47,210 bases of DNA from Gemmatimonadota bacterium (GCA_036679605.1 JAZDCZ010000237.1:1-47210); one strand, 5' to 3'; numbered from the stretch's first letter, positions 17,820-29,119 are shown. Made by a program: numbers and translations. The notes: a model not told the origin generated them from the sequence alone.

Positions 17820-19333
17820 CCAGGACACGGAAATTTCTGGGCGGACTCGCGTTTGGATACGTCAATCAAGTGGTCATCACGCTGGTCGGACTCTGGTTCA
17901 CGGCGTTCGTGCTCGGCCGCCTGGGACAAGTGGACTACGGGCTTTGGCTGGTCGCAACGCAGATCCTCTCGTACCTAATGCTAATGGACTTGGGCGTGGT
18001 GGCCCTCTTGCCACGCGAGACTGCGTTCGCAACAGGACGGTCAGGCGGTATCGAGGGAGCGGACGACATCTCCGAGATCGTCGGGGGGACGATGCGGGTC
18101 GTCTTCTGGCAGATGCCGTTGGTTGCGATTGCAGCCGCTATCATATGGATTGCCCTGCCGGAGAAGTGGGTTGAGTTGCAGGGACCGCTGGTGGTGGTAT
18201 TGGGAGCGTTCGTGCTCACGTTCCCCGTTCGGGTCTTCCAGAGCGCACTCGAGGGACTGCAGGATCTCGCATTCCTCGGCGCCGCACACGCGGCGACCTG
18301 GTTTGTTACAACGGGCCTGACAGTGGCGCTCGTGATTGCAGGTTTTGGTCTCTACTCACTCGCCATCGGGTGGGTAGCAGGACAATCGACGGCGGCGGTG
18401 ATATGGGGAATCCGATTGCACCGCCGCTTTCCCTCCGCATGGCCCAAGTCGCTACCCTCCCTCTCATTTCGCAAAGTTCGCGAGCGATTCGCTCGAAGTA
18501 CGTGGATCAGTTTGGCCCAGATCGCCCAAGTGCTGGTCCGTGGTACGGACATGTTGGTGATTGGTCTTCTGTTGGGACCCGCCGCGGTGGTGCCCTATTT
18601 CTGTACTGCAAAGTTGATCACCGTCCTCTCCAACCAGCCACAGATGCTCGCCCAGAACGCGCAGCCCGCCCTGAGTGAACTCAGAGCTAGTGACTCCCGC
18701 GACCGATTGTTCGATGTTTGTAGCTCTCTGACGATCGCAATTTCTCTCATGACCGGTGCCATCACATGCTTGGTGCTGGTCGTGAACCGTGGGTTCGTTA
18801 GCTGGTGGGTGGGTGACTCGCAGTATGGCGGCACCATTCTCACGGTTGCACTGCTCGTCGGCATGTTATTGCGCCAATGGAACACTGCAACCGTTTACGC
18901 GATCTTCGCGTTCGGTCACGACCGTCGGCTCTCGCTCACCACCATGGTCGACGGCACCCTCACTGCGGGACTCTCGCTGTTGCTGGTGTGGAGGATGGGC
19001 ATCCTCGGTGCCGCCATTGCATCGGTCGTGGGCGTCTCCCTCGTGAGTCTGCCCTGGAATCTCGCTGCGCTGGGGCAAGAGACCGGTAAGGGAGTGAGAG
19101 GACTCGCCATGTCTCTCTGGCCCTGGTTCTGGCGATTCGCCCTGCTCGCAGCCGGGAGCGCGACCGTATCGCGGATATGGCAACCAAACACCTTCATAAC
19201 GCTGGCAATCGGCTCGTTGGGAGTGGGGGCAGTTTACTTGTTGGTCATGTTTCCGCTTGCTTTGCGGCCCCCACTGGGCGTCTACGTGCGACCGCGCCTC
19301 GAGTCCATCCGCAACAGGTTCAGATCGGTGTGA
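17816..19333 (+). CDS. wzx: Wzx-type polysaccharide flippase (MOP family)
   Basis: ATGA overlap with the upstream gene; LGQVDYGLW…DLG motif and many TM helices. Confidence 0.85.
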   Translation: MTRTRKFLGGLAFGYVNQVVITLVGLWFTAFVLGRLGQVDYGLWLVATQILSYLMLMDLGVVALLPRETAFATGRSGGIEGADDISEIVGGTMRVVFWQMPLVAIAAAIIWIALPEKWVELQGPLVVVLGAFVLTFPVRVFQSALEGLQDLAFLGAAHAATWFVTTGLTVALVIAGFGLYSLAIGWVAGQSTAAVIWGIRLHRRFPSAWPKSLPSLSFRKVRERFARSTWISLAQIAQVLVRGTDMLVIGLLLGPAAVVPYFCTAKLITVLSNQPQMLAQNAQPALSELRASDSRDRLFDVCSSLTIAISLMTGAITCLVLVVNRGFVSWWVGDSQYGGTILTVALLVGMLLRQWNTATVYAIFAFGHDRRLSLTTMVDGTLTAGLSLLLVWRMGILGAAIASVVGVSLVSLPWNLAALGQETGKGVRGLAMSLWPWFWRFALLAAGSATVSRIWQPNTFITLAIGSLGVGAVYLLVMFPLALRPPLGVYVRPRLESIRNRFRSV

Positions 19334-20418
19334 CGCGGCCTTTGCACGTGGTACACACGGTGCCGGCTCTGTTCGGAACAGACGGGGTAGTGGGAGGAGC
19401 CGAACGCTACGTCTTAGAACTCGCCCGCTACATGGCCAGGCAGGTCTCTACAACCCTTGTCACCTTCGGAGAGCGAGATCGCGAAGAGCAAGATGGAGAC
19501 CTGACGATCAAAGTGCTGGGCGGCCCGATGTACGTGCGGGGTCAAAAATCCAATCCCTTCACGATGCGGATGTTTGGCGAGCTGCGCAACGCAACGGTGG
19601 TGCACTGCCATCAGCAACATGTGCTGGCAAGCAGCATGGCCGCACTCTACTGCCGATTCACCAAACGTCGCGTCTTTACAACCGACCTGGGGGGTGGTGG
19701 GTGGGACATCTCAGCGTACATATCAACCGACCGTTGGTACCGCGGACACTTGCACATCAGTGAGTACAGCCGCACGGTGTTCGGCCACGAGCGCAATAAC
19801 CGGGCACATGTGATACTCGGTGGCGTAGATACCGACAAATTCTCTCCCGATAGCAACGTGCAGCGTGATGGTACGGCGTTGTTCGTGGGCCGGATACTGC
19901 CGCACAAGGGAGTAAATGACCTGGTGGAGGGAGCCCCCGATGACCTACCCGTGGAAATCATCGGGCAGGAGGTCGATCGGTCCTATCGCCAGAGCCTAGC
20001 GACCGCTGCCGAAGGCAAGCAGGTGACCTTCCGGCACGGTTGCGATGATGCAGACTTGGTACATGCGTATCGGCGGGCCATGTGTGTCGTGCTGCCGAGC
20101 GTTTACAAGACCGTGTACGGAACGGAGACGCGAGTGCCCGAATTATTGGGACAGACACTACTGGAGGGAATGGCGTGTGGAACACCCTCCATTTGCACGG
20201 ACGTCGCCAGTATGCCTGAGGTTGTTGAAGATGGAGTCACCGGATTCGTTGTCCCTCCCAACGACAGCAACGCTCTGCGTGAGAAACTCGAATGGTTGCG
20301 GGATCATCCGCATGAGACCGTAGAGATGGGCCGTGCTGCACGTGAGCGCGTTCTGGATAAATTCACCTGGCCCGCGGTAGTTGACCGCTGCCTCGACATT
20401 TACTCATCGCACTCTTGA
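19330..20418 (+). CDS. GT4 glycosyltransferase
   Basis: GTGA overlap; GGAERY, FVGRILPHKG and ELLGQTLLEGMACG. Confidence 0.92.
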   Translation: MTRPLHVVHTVPALFGTDGVVGGAERYVLELARYMARQVSTTLVTFGERDREEQDGDLTIKVLGGPMYVRGQKSNPFTMRMFGELRNATVVHCHQQHVLASSMAALYCRFTKRRVFTTDLGGGGWDISAYISTDRWYRGHLHISEYSRTVFGHERNNRAHVILGGVDTDKFSPDSNVQRDGTALFVGRILPHKGVNDLVEGAPDDLPVEIIGQEVDRSYRQSLATAAEGKQVTFRHGCDDADLVHAYRRAMCVVLPSVYKTVYGTETRVPELLGQTLLEGMACGTPSICTDVASMPEVVEDGVTGFVVPPNDSNALREKLEWLRDHPHETVEMGRAARERVLDKFTWPAVVDRCLDIYSSHS

Positions 20419-20425
20419 GAGAATC

Positions 20426-21628
20426 GTGCGCATTGCCGTTGTAACCCGCAGCCGACGCAAAATCGGCGGGGTCGAACAGTACCTGGACGCACTCGTGCCT
20501 GAATTGTTGGACCGCGGACACGAGGTTGCGTTCTGGTGTGAGTTCGATCTACCGCACGACCGACAATCGATAGCGCTACCGTCTAACGTGCCTTCTTGGT
20601 GTGCGGCCGAACTCGGTGGAACGTCGTCGTGCGCCAAACTGCGGGAGTGGAAACCCGACGTGGTCTATTGTCACGGCATCGAGAACACGCCGGCCGAAGC
20701 GGAAATTCAGACGATCGGCCCGGCAATCTTCTTTGCACACCAATACAACGGCACATGCATCAGCGGCAGCAAGACCTGGAAGTTCCCCGTCACAACTCCG
20801 TGCAGTCGCCGTTTCGGCTGGCAGTGCCTAATGCACTACTATCCGCACCGCTGCGGTGGGTTGAACCCGCTGACGATGCTTGACCAATATCGCCGTCAGG
20901 CACGGCAACTTGAAGTGCTGCGCAAGTACCGGATGGTCGTCACTCACTCGGACCATCTGCGGCGGGAGTACTTGCAGCACGGCTTCGCCACGGAGAATGT
21001 CCTCAAGATTCCCTTTCCGATTGGCCAAGGCGTCAGTGCACCACGGGAGTCGTCCACTGGCGATCCATCGAAGCTCGCGTTCCTGGGGCGTATGGATCCT
21101 CTCAAGGGCGCGCGATTTCTCCTCGAGGCCTTGCCCCTTGCATCGGCAGCGCTGAGCCGCCCGCTACAGCTCACGCTTGCCGGAGACGGCCCCGAGAGAC
21201 CGGCCCTAGAACGACAGGCTGCCCAGGTTCGGCTCGCGCACCCAGACGTAACCATCGTGTTCGTGGGATGGGTGGACAAGGAACAGAGAGATAGCCTGCT
21301 GGCTGAGTCGGATCTATTGGTGGTTCCGAGTCTTTGGCCCGAACCGTTCGGAATGGTTGGCACTGAAGCAGGTCTACAGGGCACTCCCGTGGCCGCATTC
21401 TCGGTAGGTGCCATTCCCGAGTGGCTGTCGGACAGCGTAAACGGACACCTGGCCCCGGGAGACCCGCCCACCGCGGGCGGCTTGGCCCAGGCCATTGCGG
21501 CGTGCATCGCCGACAGGCAGACCTACGACGGCTTGCGCGAAGGCGCGCGAAGGTTAGCACAGCGCTACACGATGCCTCGGCATCTCGACGCCTTGATAGA
21601 CGTCTTGGCTCGCGTCGCGAAGGGATGA
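20426..21628 (+). CDS. GT4 glycosyltransferase with a Cys-rich insert
   Basis: GGVEQY, FLGRMDPLKG and WPEPFGMVGTEA. Confidence 0.9.
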   Translation: MRIAVVTRSRRKIGGVEQYLDALVPELLDRGHEVAFWCEFDLPHDRQSIALPSNVPSWCAAELGGTSSCAKLREWKPDVVYCHGIENTPAEAEIQTIGPAIFFAHQYNGTCISGSKTWKFPVTTPCSRRFGWQCLMHYYPHRCGGLNPLTMLDQYRRQARQLEVLRKYRMVVTHSDHLRREYLQHGFATENVLKIPFPIGQGVSAPRESSTGDPSKLAFLGRMDPLKGARFLLEALPLASAALSRPLQLTLAGDGPERPALERQAAQVRLAHPDVTIVFVGWVDKEQRDSLLAESDLLVVPSLWPEPFGMVGTEAGLQGTPVAAFSVGAIPEWLSDSVNGHLAPGDPPTAGGLAQAIAACIADRQTYDGLREGARRLAQRYTMPRHLDALIDVLARVAKG

Positions 21629-22779
21629 AAGTTCGCCTCTGTTTCATCGTTGAGAGCGGTACCGACGTTCGGCTGGTCGAAGGTTTGGCCGAGCGGTTTG
21701 ATCTGCAGATCGTTGCGCGGCGCATCGCCGGTGGTGTTGAGATCAGCCAGCAACCCGCCACCGAACTTCGGACTGACGTCGGACCGAGTTCCCGGGTTAA
21801 GTTTGCAGCCCATGTCGGACGGCATCTAGCACGATACCGCAAGTCGATCGATTGTGTTCTGGTTCAAGGCTACGGTCTCGCCGCGCTCGCCGCCAACGTC
21901 ACAGCACGCATCACCAATACTCCGACATTCATGCTCGTTTGCAGCCCAGTCGAAGAGTACTACAGATGCCGCCTGGAGCAGCCGGAACTTGGCAAAATTT
22001 TCAGGCAGCGCGAACTGACTGCCCTCGGCATTGCAGCTCGAGTGAACGCACGGGTCGGGCGACACTACGTGGTCCTGAGCGAGCACCTGCGGCAGGTAGT
22101 GCAGTCGCACGGAGCTAAATGTCCCGTCGACGTCGTCCCGCTCTATGGCGTCGACACGACGCTGTTCGCACCACCGGAACGATCGAAGACCGAATACAAG
22201 TCTCAACTCGGCCTACCCATGGGTGGTAGCTTGATATTCTTCAGCAGTCGTGTGGCGCCCGAAAAAGATAGCATTACGTTGCTGAGGGCTTTGCGTGACC
22301 TCCGTACCAAGGGTCACGACCTCTGGCTGCTCCACAGAAGCGGCGGTTATCGCGAATTCTTGAGAGAGGCCGAGCGGCACGACATCGCAGACAGAGTGAT
22401 TGCGACGGATGCAGTACATCCACACCGCGATCTCCCGGACGACTACCGAGCGTCCGATCTGTGCGTGCAGGCAAGCCGTGCGGAAGGCCTGGGGTTTTCC
22501 CCGCTCGAGGCATTGGCCTGTGGAGTACCGGTGGTGGCGACCTCGGTTGGCGGCCTGCGGGAAACGATCGTGGATGGCGAGACGGGCTGGAGTTATCCTG
22601 CCGGTGACGCAGCGGCACTCGCCCGATGTATCGGGGCCGCTACCGTCGATAAGGCCGAAGCCGATCGACGCACCACTAAGGGCCGCGATTTGGTGATCAA
22701 AAATTACGAGCGCAGCTTCGTGTTCGACAAATTCGAAGAACTCGTAAACCAAGCTATAGCGGGGGCTGAGAAAGACTGA
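21625..22779 (+). CDS. GT4 glycosyltransferase
   Basis: ATGA overlap; SRVAPEKD and EGLGFSPLEALACG. Confidence 0.9.
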   Translation: MKVRLCFIVESGTDVRLVEGLAERFDLQIVARRIAGGVEISQQPATELRTDVGPSSRVKFAAHVGRHLARYRKSIDCVLVQGYGLAALAANVTARITNTPTFMLVCSPVEEYYRCRLEQPELGKIFRQRELTALGIAARVNARVGRHYVVLSEHLRQVVQSHGAKCPVDVVPLYGVDTTLFAPPERSKTEYKSQLGLPMGGSLIFFSSRVAPEKDSITLLRALRDLRTKGHDLWLLHRSGGYREFLREAERHDIADRVIATDAVHPHRDLPDDYRASDLCVQASRAEGLGFSPLEALACGVPVVATSVGGLRETIVDGETGWSYPAGDAAALARCIGAATVDKAEADRRTTKGRDLVIKNYERSFVFDKFEELVNQAIAGAEKD

Positions 22780-23549
22780 TGGCTCAACCTGAATCGGATC
22801 AGGAACTCGGTCACTACGCCAAGAAACAACTATTCAGCCCCTCGCGACTGATAGCCTGGAGCCACCGCCGCCGGTTCGAGACGGGAGTGCGGCTCGCAAA
22901 GTCGCTGGCCGGCAAGACGGTGCTCGACTTGGGATGCGGCGACGGGACGTTCCTCGCGCTGCTCATGAACGGTGACTCAGCCCCGAAGCAGGCCATCGGA
23001 GCCGAGATTTCCTCCGGGCTCGTCGATGATTGCAAGAAACGATTGGGACACATTCCACGGTTGGATTTTGTCAGAACCGACGAACTGGACGATGCCGCAC
23101 ACCAGCACTGTTACGATGGACTGTTCTGCATGGAGGTCATGGAACACGTCGTGGATGTGGTACCGATAATCACGCAAATGCACAATCTTCTAGCTCCCGG
23201 CGGGACCCTAGTGCTTAGCGTGCCGGTGGAAACCGGACCGCCGGTCTTGGTTAAGCAGATGGCAAGACGCATCGCGGGGTGGCGGGGCGTGGGTGATTAT
23301 CCTGGCACCGCACCGTACACGTTGCGCGAATTCGCCGTCAGCATGTTTCCCGGACCACGACAGCATGTTGTCAGGCCACTCCATCGCGACGACAACGGCA
23401 CCGAGTTCCACGACCACAAAGGATTCAATTGGATGCTGCTCAAGAAAAGAATCAGCGAGCAGTTCACAATCGAAAGAGTTTTGACTTCGCCAATCCGCTG
23501 GCTGCCGCCGCAATTAGGCAGTCAAGTCTGGTTCATCGCGCGACCGTGA
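22779..23549 (+). CDS. Class I SAM-dependent methyltransferase
   Basis: VLDLGCGDG, CMEVMEHV and LAPGG. Confidence 0.9.
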   Translation: MAQPESDQELGHYAKKQLFSPSRLIAWSHRRRFETGVRLAKSLAGKTVLDLGCGDGTFLALLMNGDSAPKQAIGAEISSGLVDDCKKRLGHIPRLDFVRTDELDDAAHQHCYDGLFCMEVMEHVVDVVPIITQMHNLLAPGGTLVLSVPVETGPPVLVKQMARRIAGWRGVGDYPGTAPYTLREFAVSMFPGPRQHVVRPLHRDDNGTEFHDHKGFNWMLLKKRISEQFTIERVLTSPIRWLPPQLGSQVWFIARP

Positions 23550-24628
23550 ACATCGCTTTCGTCGTTCACTACTACGATTCGGGAGAGGGAACGGGTGGCT
23601 ACGTCACGGAGTTGCTTCCGCGAGTCGCTCGCGAGCACCAGGTCACTTTGTACGCCGCCGGCGTCAGGGCCCCGGTGCCGGACGGAGTCGAGGTCGTGCG
23701 CGTTCCTGCGCTCAAAGGGAAGGCGTACGCCACTATCCTGAGTTTTCCGTTAGCATATCGAGCGGTACGGCGCAAGCACGATATCGTTCACGCCCAGGGG
23801 TGGGTGGTGCCTGAGGCCGATGTAGTGACGGCACACATAGTCATGGCGGGATGGCGCAAGGCAGTGCAAGATACCGGCTGTTCCACCGGCTTGGGCGAGC
23901 GGATATTCGGAGGATTGGTCACGCGCCGCGAGGCGTCCCTGTACCGAAACCGTACCCAAATCGCTATAGCACCCAGCCGCAAGGCGAGAGACGAGTTGGC
24001 CCAGTTCTACGGGCGGGACAACCAAGTCGAGGTAATCCCGCACGGGTTTCCATCTATTTCTGATGTTCCCAGGCGAAGCGAAGCACGCTCGTCCTTGAAG
24101 TTGCCGCCTGATGTCTTTGCCGCGCTGTTTGTCGGTGACCCTCGTAAAGGGTTTTCTGTCGCGTTGAGCGCAGTCGCTGCCTCAAACGACGCACACCTGC
24201 TCGTGGTCAGCCGTTCCCAACCGGGACAATACATGAGGCGCGCACGCGAACTCGGCATGGCCGACAGACTGCATTGGATTGGAGCTTTGAATGACGTATC
24301 GCCCGCCTACGCTGCAGCAGACGTCCTGCTACACCCCACCATCTACGACTCGTTTGGGCTCGTGGTCGCAGAGGCGATGGCGGCGGGCCGACCTGCGATC
24401 GTATCACGGGCCGCCGGGATCACCGAATTGATCGAACACCGCAAGTCCGGTTGGCTCATCGACGATCAAGATGCCGGAGAGATCACCTCTGCCCTAAATG
24501 CCCTGGCCGGCGATCCCAACTATCTCCAAGAACTCGGTGACGAGGCTCGCCGCGTAGCCAAGACCCGCACATGGGACGACGTAGCCCGCGATACGCTCGC
24601 CCTGTACGAGCGAGCGCGTAGCAAGTGA
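23546..24628 (+). CDS. GT4 glycosyltransferase
   Basis: GTGA overlap; YDSFGLVVAEAMAAG. Confidence 0.9.
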   Translation: MNIAFVVHYYDSGEGTGGYVTELLPRVAREHQVTLYAAGVRAPVPDGVEVVRVPALKGKAYATILSFPLAYRAVRRKHDIVHAQGWVVPEADVVTAHIVMAGWRKAVQDTGCSTGLGERIFGGLVTRREASLYRNRTQIAIAPSRKARDELAQFYGRDNQVEVIPHGFPSISDVPRRSEARSSLKLPPDVFAALFVGDPRKGFSVALSAVAASNDAHLLVVSRSQPGQYMRRARELGMADRLHWIGALNDVSPAYAAADVLLHPTIYDSFGLVVAEAMAAGRPAIVSRAAGITELIEHRKSGWLIDDQDAGEITSALNALAGDPNYLQELGDEARRVAKTRTWDDVARDTLALYERARSK

Positions 24629-25800
24629 GCGACCAAATGAGGGTCCTTCATTTACACAGCGGAAACATGTACGGAGGAGTCGAGACGATCTTGGCGACGC
24701 TGGCGCGGTATCGCGAACAATGCCCTGCCCTGGAGCAAGACTTTGCGTTGTGTTTTGACGGACGCATAGCAGATGAACTACGTGAATCCGGAGCGGCCGT
24801 TACGCTCTTGGGCCCTGCCAAACTCAGTCGGCCTGGGACTTTACACCGCGTGCGCAACAAACTCGAGGGAATCATCGCGGAACACACCTACGACGTGGCC
24901 ATCTGTCATTCAGCTTGGTCGCAGCACGTTTTCGGCAAGGCAGTGACGGGAACTGACGCGCGCCTCGTCCTGTGGCAACACAGCGCAGGCCAGAAAACGC
25001 ATTGGTTAGAACGCCTAGCGAGACGCACTCGGCCCGAACTGGCCGTGGCCAACAGCCGATTCACCGCGACATTGCTTGCCGAGAGAGAACCCGCCCTGCC
25101 GGTCGAGGTACTGTACGCTCCGGTGGCACCGCCATCGCCGCAGGCAGATGCCGGACTACGCGATCGTGTGCGCCAAGCGCTGGACACTCCATCCGACGCC
25201 GTCGTGATCTTGCAGATCAGCAGGATGGAGGCATGGAAGGGGCAGACGGTGCACCTGCGCGCGCTCGGCCGATTGCGCGACGTGCCCAACTGGGTGTGCT
25301 GGCAGGTAGGCGGGCCGCAACGACCGCCCGAGGAACGCTACTTCGACAGTCTGAAAGCCGAGGCCGCAGCACTCGGAATCGAAGAACGAGTTCGTTTTTT
25401 GGGACAGCGATCTGATACCACCGACCTATACGGGTCGGCGGACCTGTTTTGCCAGCCCAATACCGATCCCGAGCCATTCGGCATCGTGTTCGTTGAGGCG
25501 TTGTATGCGGGGCTCCCCGTGATCACGTCCGATTTCGGCGGCGGTGCGGAGATTGTGGACCCCTCGTGCGGCATCTTGGTCCGGCCCAACGATCCCGCCG
25601 CGCTTGCCGCGGCGTTGCGCGATCTCTTGACAGGCAACGAGCTGCGGCAGCGCTTGGGCGGGGCGGGCCCGGATCGAGCGCGCGCACTGTGCGAGCCGGC
25701 GCACCAGCTGAACCGACTCTATGAGATCTTGCGGCATAGGTTTTTCGATTCCCCCCGTGGGGTTTCCGGCGTTAATGAACGCCGGCTCGGCACTTCGTGA
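24625..25800 (+). CDS. GT4 glycosyltransferase
   Basis: YGGVE, SRMEAWKG and EPFGIVFVEALYAG. Confidence 0.9.
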   Translation: MSDQMRVLHLHSGNMYGGVETILATLARYREQCPALEQDFALCFDGRIADELRESGAAVTLLGPAKLSRPGTLHRVRNKLEGIIAEHTYDVAICHSAWSQHVFGKAVTGTDARLVLWQHSAGQKTHWLERLARRTRPELAVANSRFTATLLAEREPALPVEVLYAPVAPPSPQADAGLRDRVRQALDTPSDAVVILQISRMEAWKGQTVHLRALGRLRDVPNWVCWQVGGPQRPPEERYFDSLKAEAAALGIEERVRFLGQRSDTTDLYGSADLFCQPNTDPEPFGIVFVEALYAGLPVITSDFGGGAEIVDPSCGILVRPNDPAALAAALRDLLTGNELRQRLGGAGPDRARALCEPAHQLNRLYEILRHRFFDSPRGVSGVNERRLGTS

Positions 25801-26042
25801 CGCACCTTGAGAAGGTGCCTGCCTTGGGAACTCCCTTCAGGGTCATCCAGCGCGAAGCGCTGCTCAGCGAGCGTTTCTCAACGCTCGAACAACGGGCGTC
25901 CGCCCAAGGATCTCGATCCCAAGGCATTTGCACCGGTCCCGGTAGGTGAGAGGCAACATGGATCCAAGCCGTGGCGATTCCAAGTCAGAAGCCGATTGCT
26001 GCGTCACACTATTTGTGGCAACTTGATTGGTAACCGGTAACT

Positions 26043-27425
26043 ATGAGCGTATTTCAAGGCACTCAGACCCTTGGCTATGACGAGCCCGCGCCGCTTACTG
26101 ATCAGTGGACCGACATATTCCGGCGTGACACGGCAGTCCACCTGGGCATCATGGCCAGCATCACTGTGGCCACCTTCCAGGGTTATCTCAAGGACAGGAT
26201 CGGCGGCCCCGTGCCCTACGCCCTGGCAGACCTCTGTTTTGTTGGCGCTCTCATCGTGTGGTTCGGATCACTGGCGCTGCGTCATGCACCGATACGCGGC
26301 CCTGGCTCGGTCGTCACGATTCTCCTCGGGATCGTTATCATCCCCACGATCTACCTGCTCCATCCGAGTACGCCTTTCGTCATAGAGCTTGCGGGCCTCC
26401 GCGGCTGGGCCGAATTTCCCGTCGCCTGTTTGATCGCCCTCACTACCATTCGGAGCCGCGGCCAGGTACGGGCATACGTCGGCTTGATTCTCTTGCTCTG
26501 CGCGTTCACCGCCGTGTACGGAATAATCCAGTATACGCAGGGGCCTACGACCGTCTTGGGCGTGGGATCCCTCGCAGTCACGCGCCATGGCTCGAGTTTG
26601 AATTACTACATCGAGGGCACGGGTCAGACCGACTTCAGAGCGTTCTCGACGTTCACGTTCCCCGCACCGTTCGCCGGCATGATGGTCTTTGGAATCCTGC
26701 TCGCGGCCGGAATAGCCTTGAGCAAGCGGCGGTCCGGACGGCTCAGGGTTCTAGCCGGGCTACTGATTCCGGTCATGTTCGTGGGGATGACTGTTTCCGG
26801 TACCCGGGCGGCCCTCATTACACTACTGGTGGGACTGATGGTGATCGGTTGGCTGCGACGCTTCAGCTTCGCCCAGTTCCTGATAGTTCCCGTCCTGTTT
26901 GCAGCTTTTCACGTTGCGACGATGCTCACCGCGGGCCGCATTCTCAATCGCTTGTTGACTCTCTTTCTGGAAGAGGGGCGACTCTGGACCTACATTTACG
27001 CCCCTCTCACAATCGCCGGGCGGGCGCTGGCGGAAAGTCCGTTTGGCTACGGCCTGGGCAGAACGGGTATAGGAGTGCCCTTTGGCATGGTGACGAGCCG
27101 GCCCGCGGGGTATTTCATATTCAGCGACGGAGACGTTGGGAGAGCCGCGGTCGAGATGGGCGTGATCGGATTGCTTCTGTTGGCAGCGATCATCGTCGGA
27201 CTGATTCCCGCGGCGGCGAGGACGGCCCGCCAGTTGGTGGGAACGGACTCGGATGACCTGGCATTCGGAATCGGAGCGCTCATTATTTCGACGGGGCTCC
27301 TACTCATCATTGGTTCTCCTCTCTCCTCGGCCCCGCACGGAATGATTTGGTGGTTCCTGCTTGGGGCTCTGTTCAAACTGATCATGTTACACGACGACGA
27401 GACCATGGAAAGGCAGAATGAATGA
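26043..27425 (+). CDS. Wzy/O-antigen ligase-family polymerase
   Basis: Polytopic membrane protein with RAFSTF, SGTRAA, PFGYGLG and EMGVIG motifs, inside the GT cluster. Confidence 0.75.
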   Translation: MSVFQGTQTLGYDEPAPLTDQWTDIFRRDTAVHLGIMASITVATFQGYLKDRIGGPVPYALADLCFVGALIVWFGSLALRHAPIRGPGSVVTILLGIVIIPTIYLLHPSTPFVIELAGLRGWAEFPVACLIALTTIRSRGQVRAYVGLILLLCAFTAVYGIIQYTQGPTTVLGVGSLAVTRHGSSLNYYIEGTGQTDFRAFSTFTFPAPFAGMMVFGILLAAGIALSKRRSGRLRVLAGLLIPVMFVGMTVSGTRAALITLLVGLMVIGWLRRFSFAQFLIVPVLFAAFHVATMLTAGRILNRLLTLFLEEGRLWTYIYAPLTIAGRALAESPFGYGLGRTGIGVPFGMVTSRPAGYFIFSDGDVGRAAVEMGVIGLLLLAAIIVGLIPAAARTARQLVGTDSDDLAFGIGALIISTGLLLIIGSPLSSAPHGMIWWFLLGALFKLIMLHDDETMERQNE

Positions 27426-27954
27426 GAAAACAGTAAGGCCTCGCCGCTCTCTCGATCTCGGCGCAGGTGCCGTGGTCCGCGTACCGGGGGCAATAAGAGC
27501 CGATCACTCGCGCACGGTCACCCCCGATGTCGTGGTGAACGCCGCGCAGCCGCTGCCGTTCCGTTCCGGCAGTCTCGAACGTATCTACTGTTACGATCTA
27601 GTTGAGCATCTGGAGGACATCGTGCCAGTTATCACGGAGATCCACCGTGTCCTGCAATCGGGTGGCACCCTATTCATTACGACTCCACACTTCTCGTGTG
27701 CAAACTCGTACACCGACCCGACCCACAAACATCACTTTGGGTGGCATTCGTTCGATTACTTCGGCGAGGACCACGCACTGAGTTACTACTCCACCGCCCG
27801 CTTTCGCATTACCGGTCGGACTCTCCGGTTCCACGGCGGTTTTCTGGACTCGATCGTGCGGCGCCTGGCGAATCGATGGCCGGATTGGTACGAGCACCGG
27901 CTCACATGGCTGCTGCCGGCGTGGTATCTGGAATTCGAGTTGACGAGCGTCTAG
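27418..27954 (+). CDS. Small methyltransferase-domain protein
   Basis: LDLGAG, LPF, EHL…EIHRVL and DPTHKHHF. Confidence 0.85.
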   Translation: MNEKTVRPRRSLDLGAGAVVRVPGAIRADHSRTVTPDVVVNAAQPLPFRSGSLERIYCYDLVEHLEDIVPVITEIHRVLQSGGTLFITTPHFSCANSYTDPTHKHHFGWHSFDYFGEDHALSYYSTARFRITGRTLRFHGGFLDSIVRRLANRWPDWYEHRLTWLLPAWYLEFELTSV

Positions 27955-27955
27955 C

Positions 27956-29119
27956 GTGACGCGCGTTCTGCTGGTCCCCGATCTTCCCGGCGAGCATTGG
28001 CCTTCGATGGATCGCTACGCGTCCCGCCTGGTTCAACATATGGACGCGAAGGCGCTCGGATTGGAGATCTCAGTAGCAGGTGAGATTGGATCGCTCACCG
28101 TTGATGAAAGCTCGCGCTCCCCGGGGCTGCGCGAATCCGGTTCGGGTACTCATCGTTTGGAGCCCACACCCACCCCGTCGGAGTTTGGTCGCTATCTGGC
28201 CCGATATTGGTTTTATCCACGCCGCATCAAGCGAAAATACGCCGACGTTATGCATGTCTTGGATCACTCCTACGGCCACCTCTTGAACGCGGAATCCGAA
28301 GGAGCTTGTGTGCTGACGGTACATGACCTCTTTCCCGTGCTGATGCTTGAGCGGCCGGCTACGGGACTGCGAGAGCGCGTTCGCAACAGATTGCTGACAA
28401 GGGTGCTGTCTGGAATGAGACGCGCCAACGCATGGATCGTCGCCACTGAATGGCTGCGAGCAGAGTTGGCAGACTGGTTGGGCAGCAGCAGCGGTATTCA
28501 CGTGATACCGTACGGCATCGACGACGCGTTCTTCGAACAACCGGGCGAGTCACCGTCCGAGACCCGGCGGCGCTGGAAAATTCCTGAGGAAGCGTTTCTC
28601 GTCCTGCACGTCGGCAGCGCCGATCGGCGAAAGAACATGCCGGCGGTGATCGCGGTGTTGGGGGAACTCCGCGATACCGGAGTAGACGCGTGGCTGCTCC
28701 AAGTGGGCGGTACGCTAACGCCCGAGCACACGGCGGAACTCGGAGACCGCGGCCTGGATTCGTTCACCCGACAGGTGGGGGCGGTTTCGGAGGCCGATCT
28801 ACGACTGGCGTACCACGCCGCCGACGCTCTACTCTTCCCGTCGCACTACGAGGGGTTTGGGTTACCCGTCCTGGAGGCGATGGCATCGCGACTACCCGCG
28901 GTTACATCGGGAGCCGGCGGGCTAGCCGAGGTGGCCGGCGATGCAGCGGTAGTGGTGGGAGGCCGGGAGTTCAAGCCGTACGCCGAGGCGATGGAACGAA
29001 TTGCAGGCGACTTCGAGTGGCGCAAGGAATTGGTGAATCGCGGGCTGGAACGAGCGGCCCGGTTCACGTGGGCGGAAACGGCGAGAAAGACCGCAGAGGT
29101 ATACAAGAGTCTTGTCTAG
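27956..29119 (+). CDS. GT4 glycosyltransferase
   Basis: HVGSADRRKN and FPSHYEGFGLPVLEAMA. Confidence 0.92.
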   Translation: MTRVLLVPDLPGEHWPSMDRYASRLVQHMDAKALGLEISVAGEIGSLTVDESSRSPGLRESGSGTHRLEPTPTPSEFGRYLARYWFYPRRIKRKYADVMHVLDHSYGHLLNAESEGACVLTVHDLFPVLMLERPATGLRERVRNRLLTRVLSGMRRANAWIVATEWLRAELADWLGSSSGIHVIPYGIDDAFFEQPGESPSETRRRWKIPEEAFLVLHVGSADRRKNMPAVIAVLGELRDTGVDAWLLQVGGTLTPEHTAELGDRGLDSFTRQVGAVSEADLRLAYHAADALLFPSHYEGFGLPVLEAMASRLPAVTSGAGGLAEVAGDAAVVVGGREFKPYAEAMERIAGDFEWRKELVNRGLERAARFTWAETARKTAEVYKSLV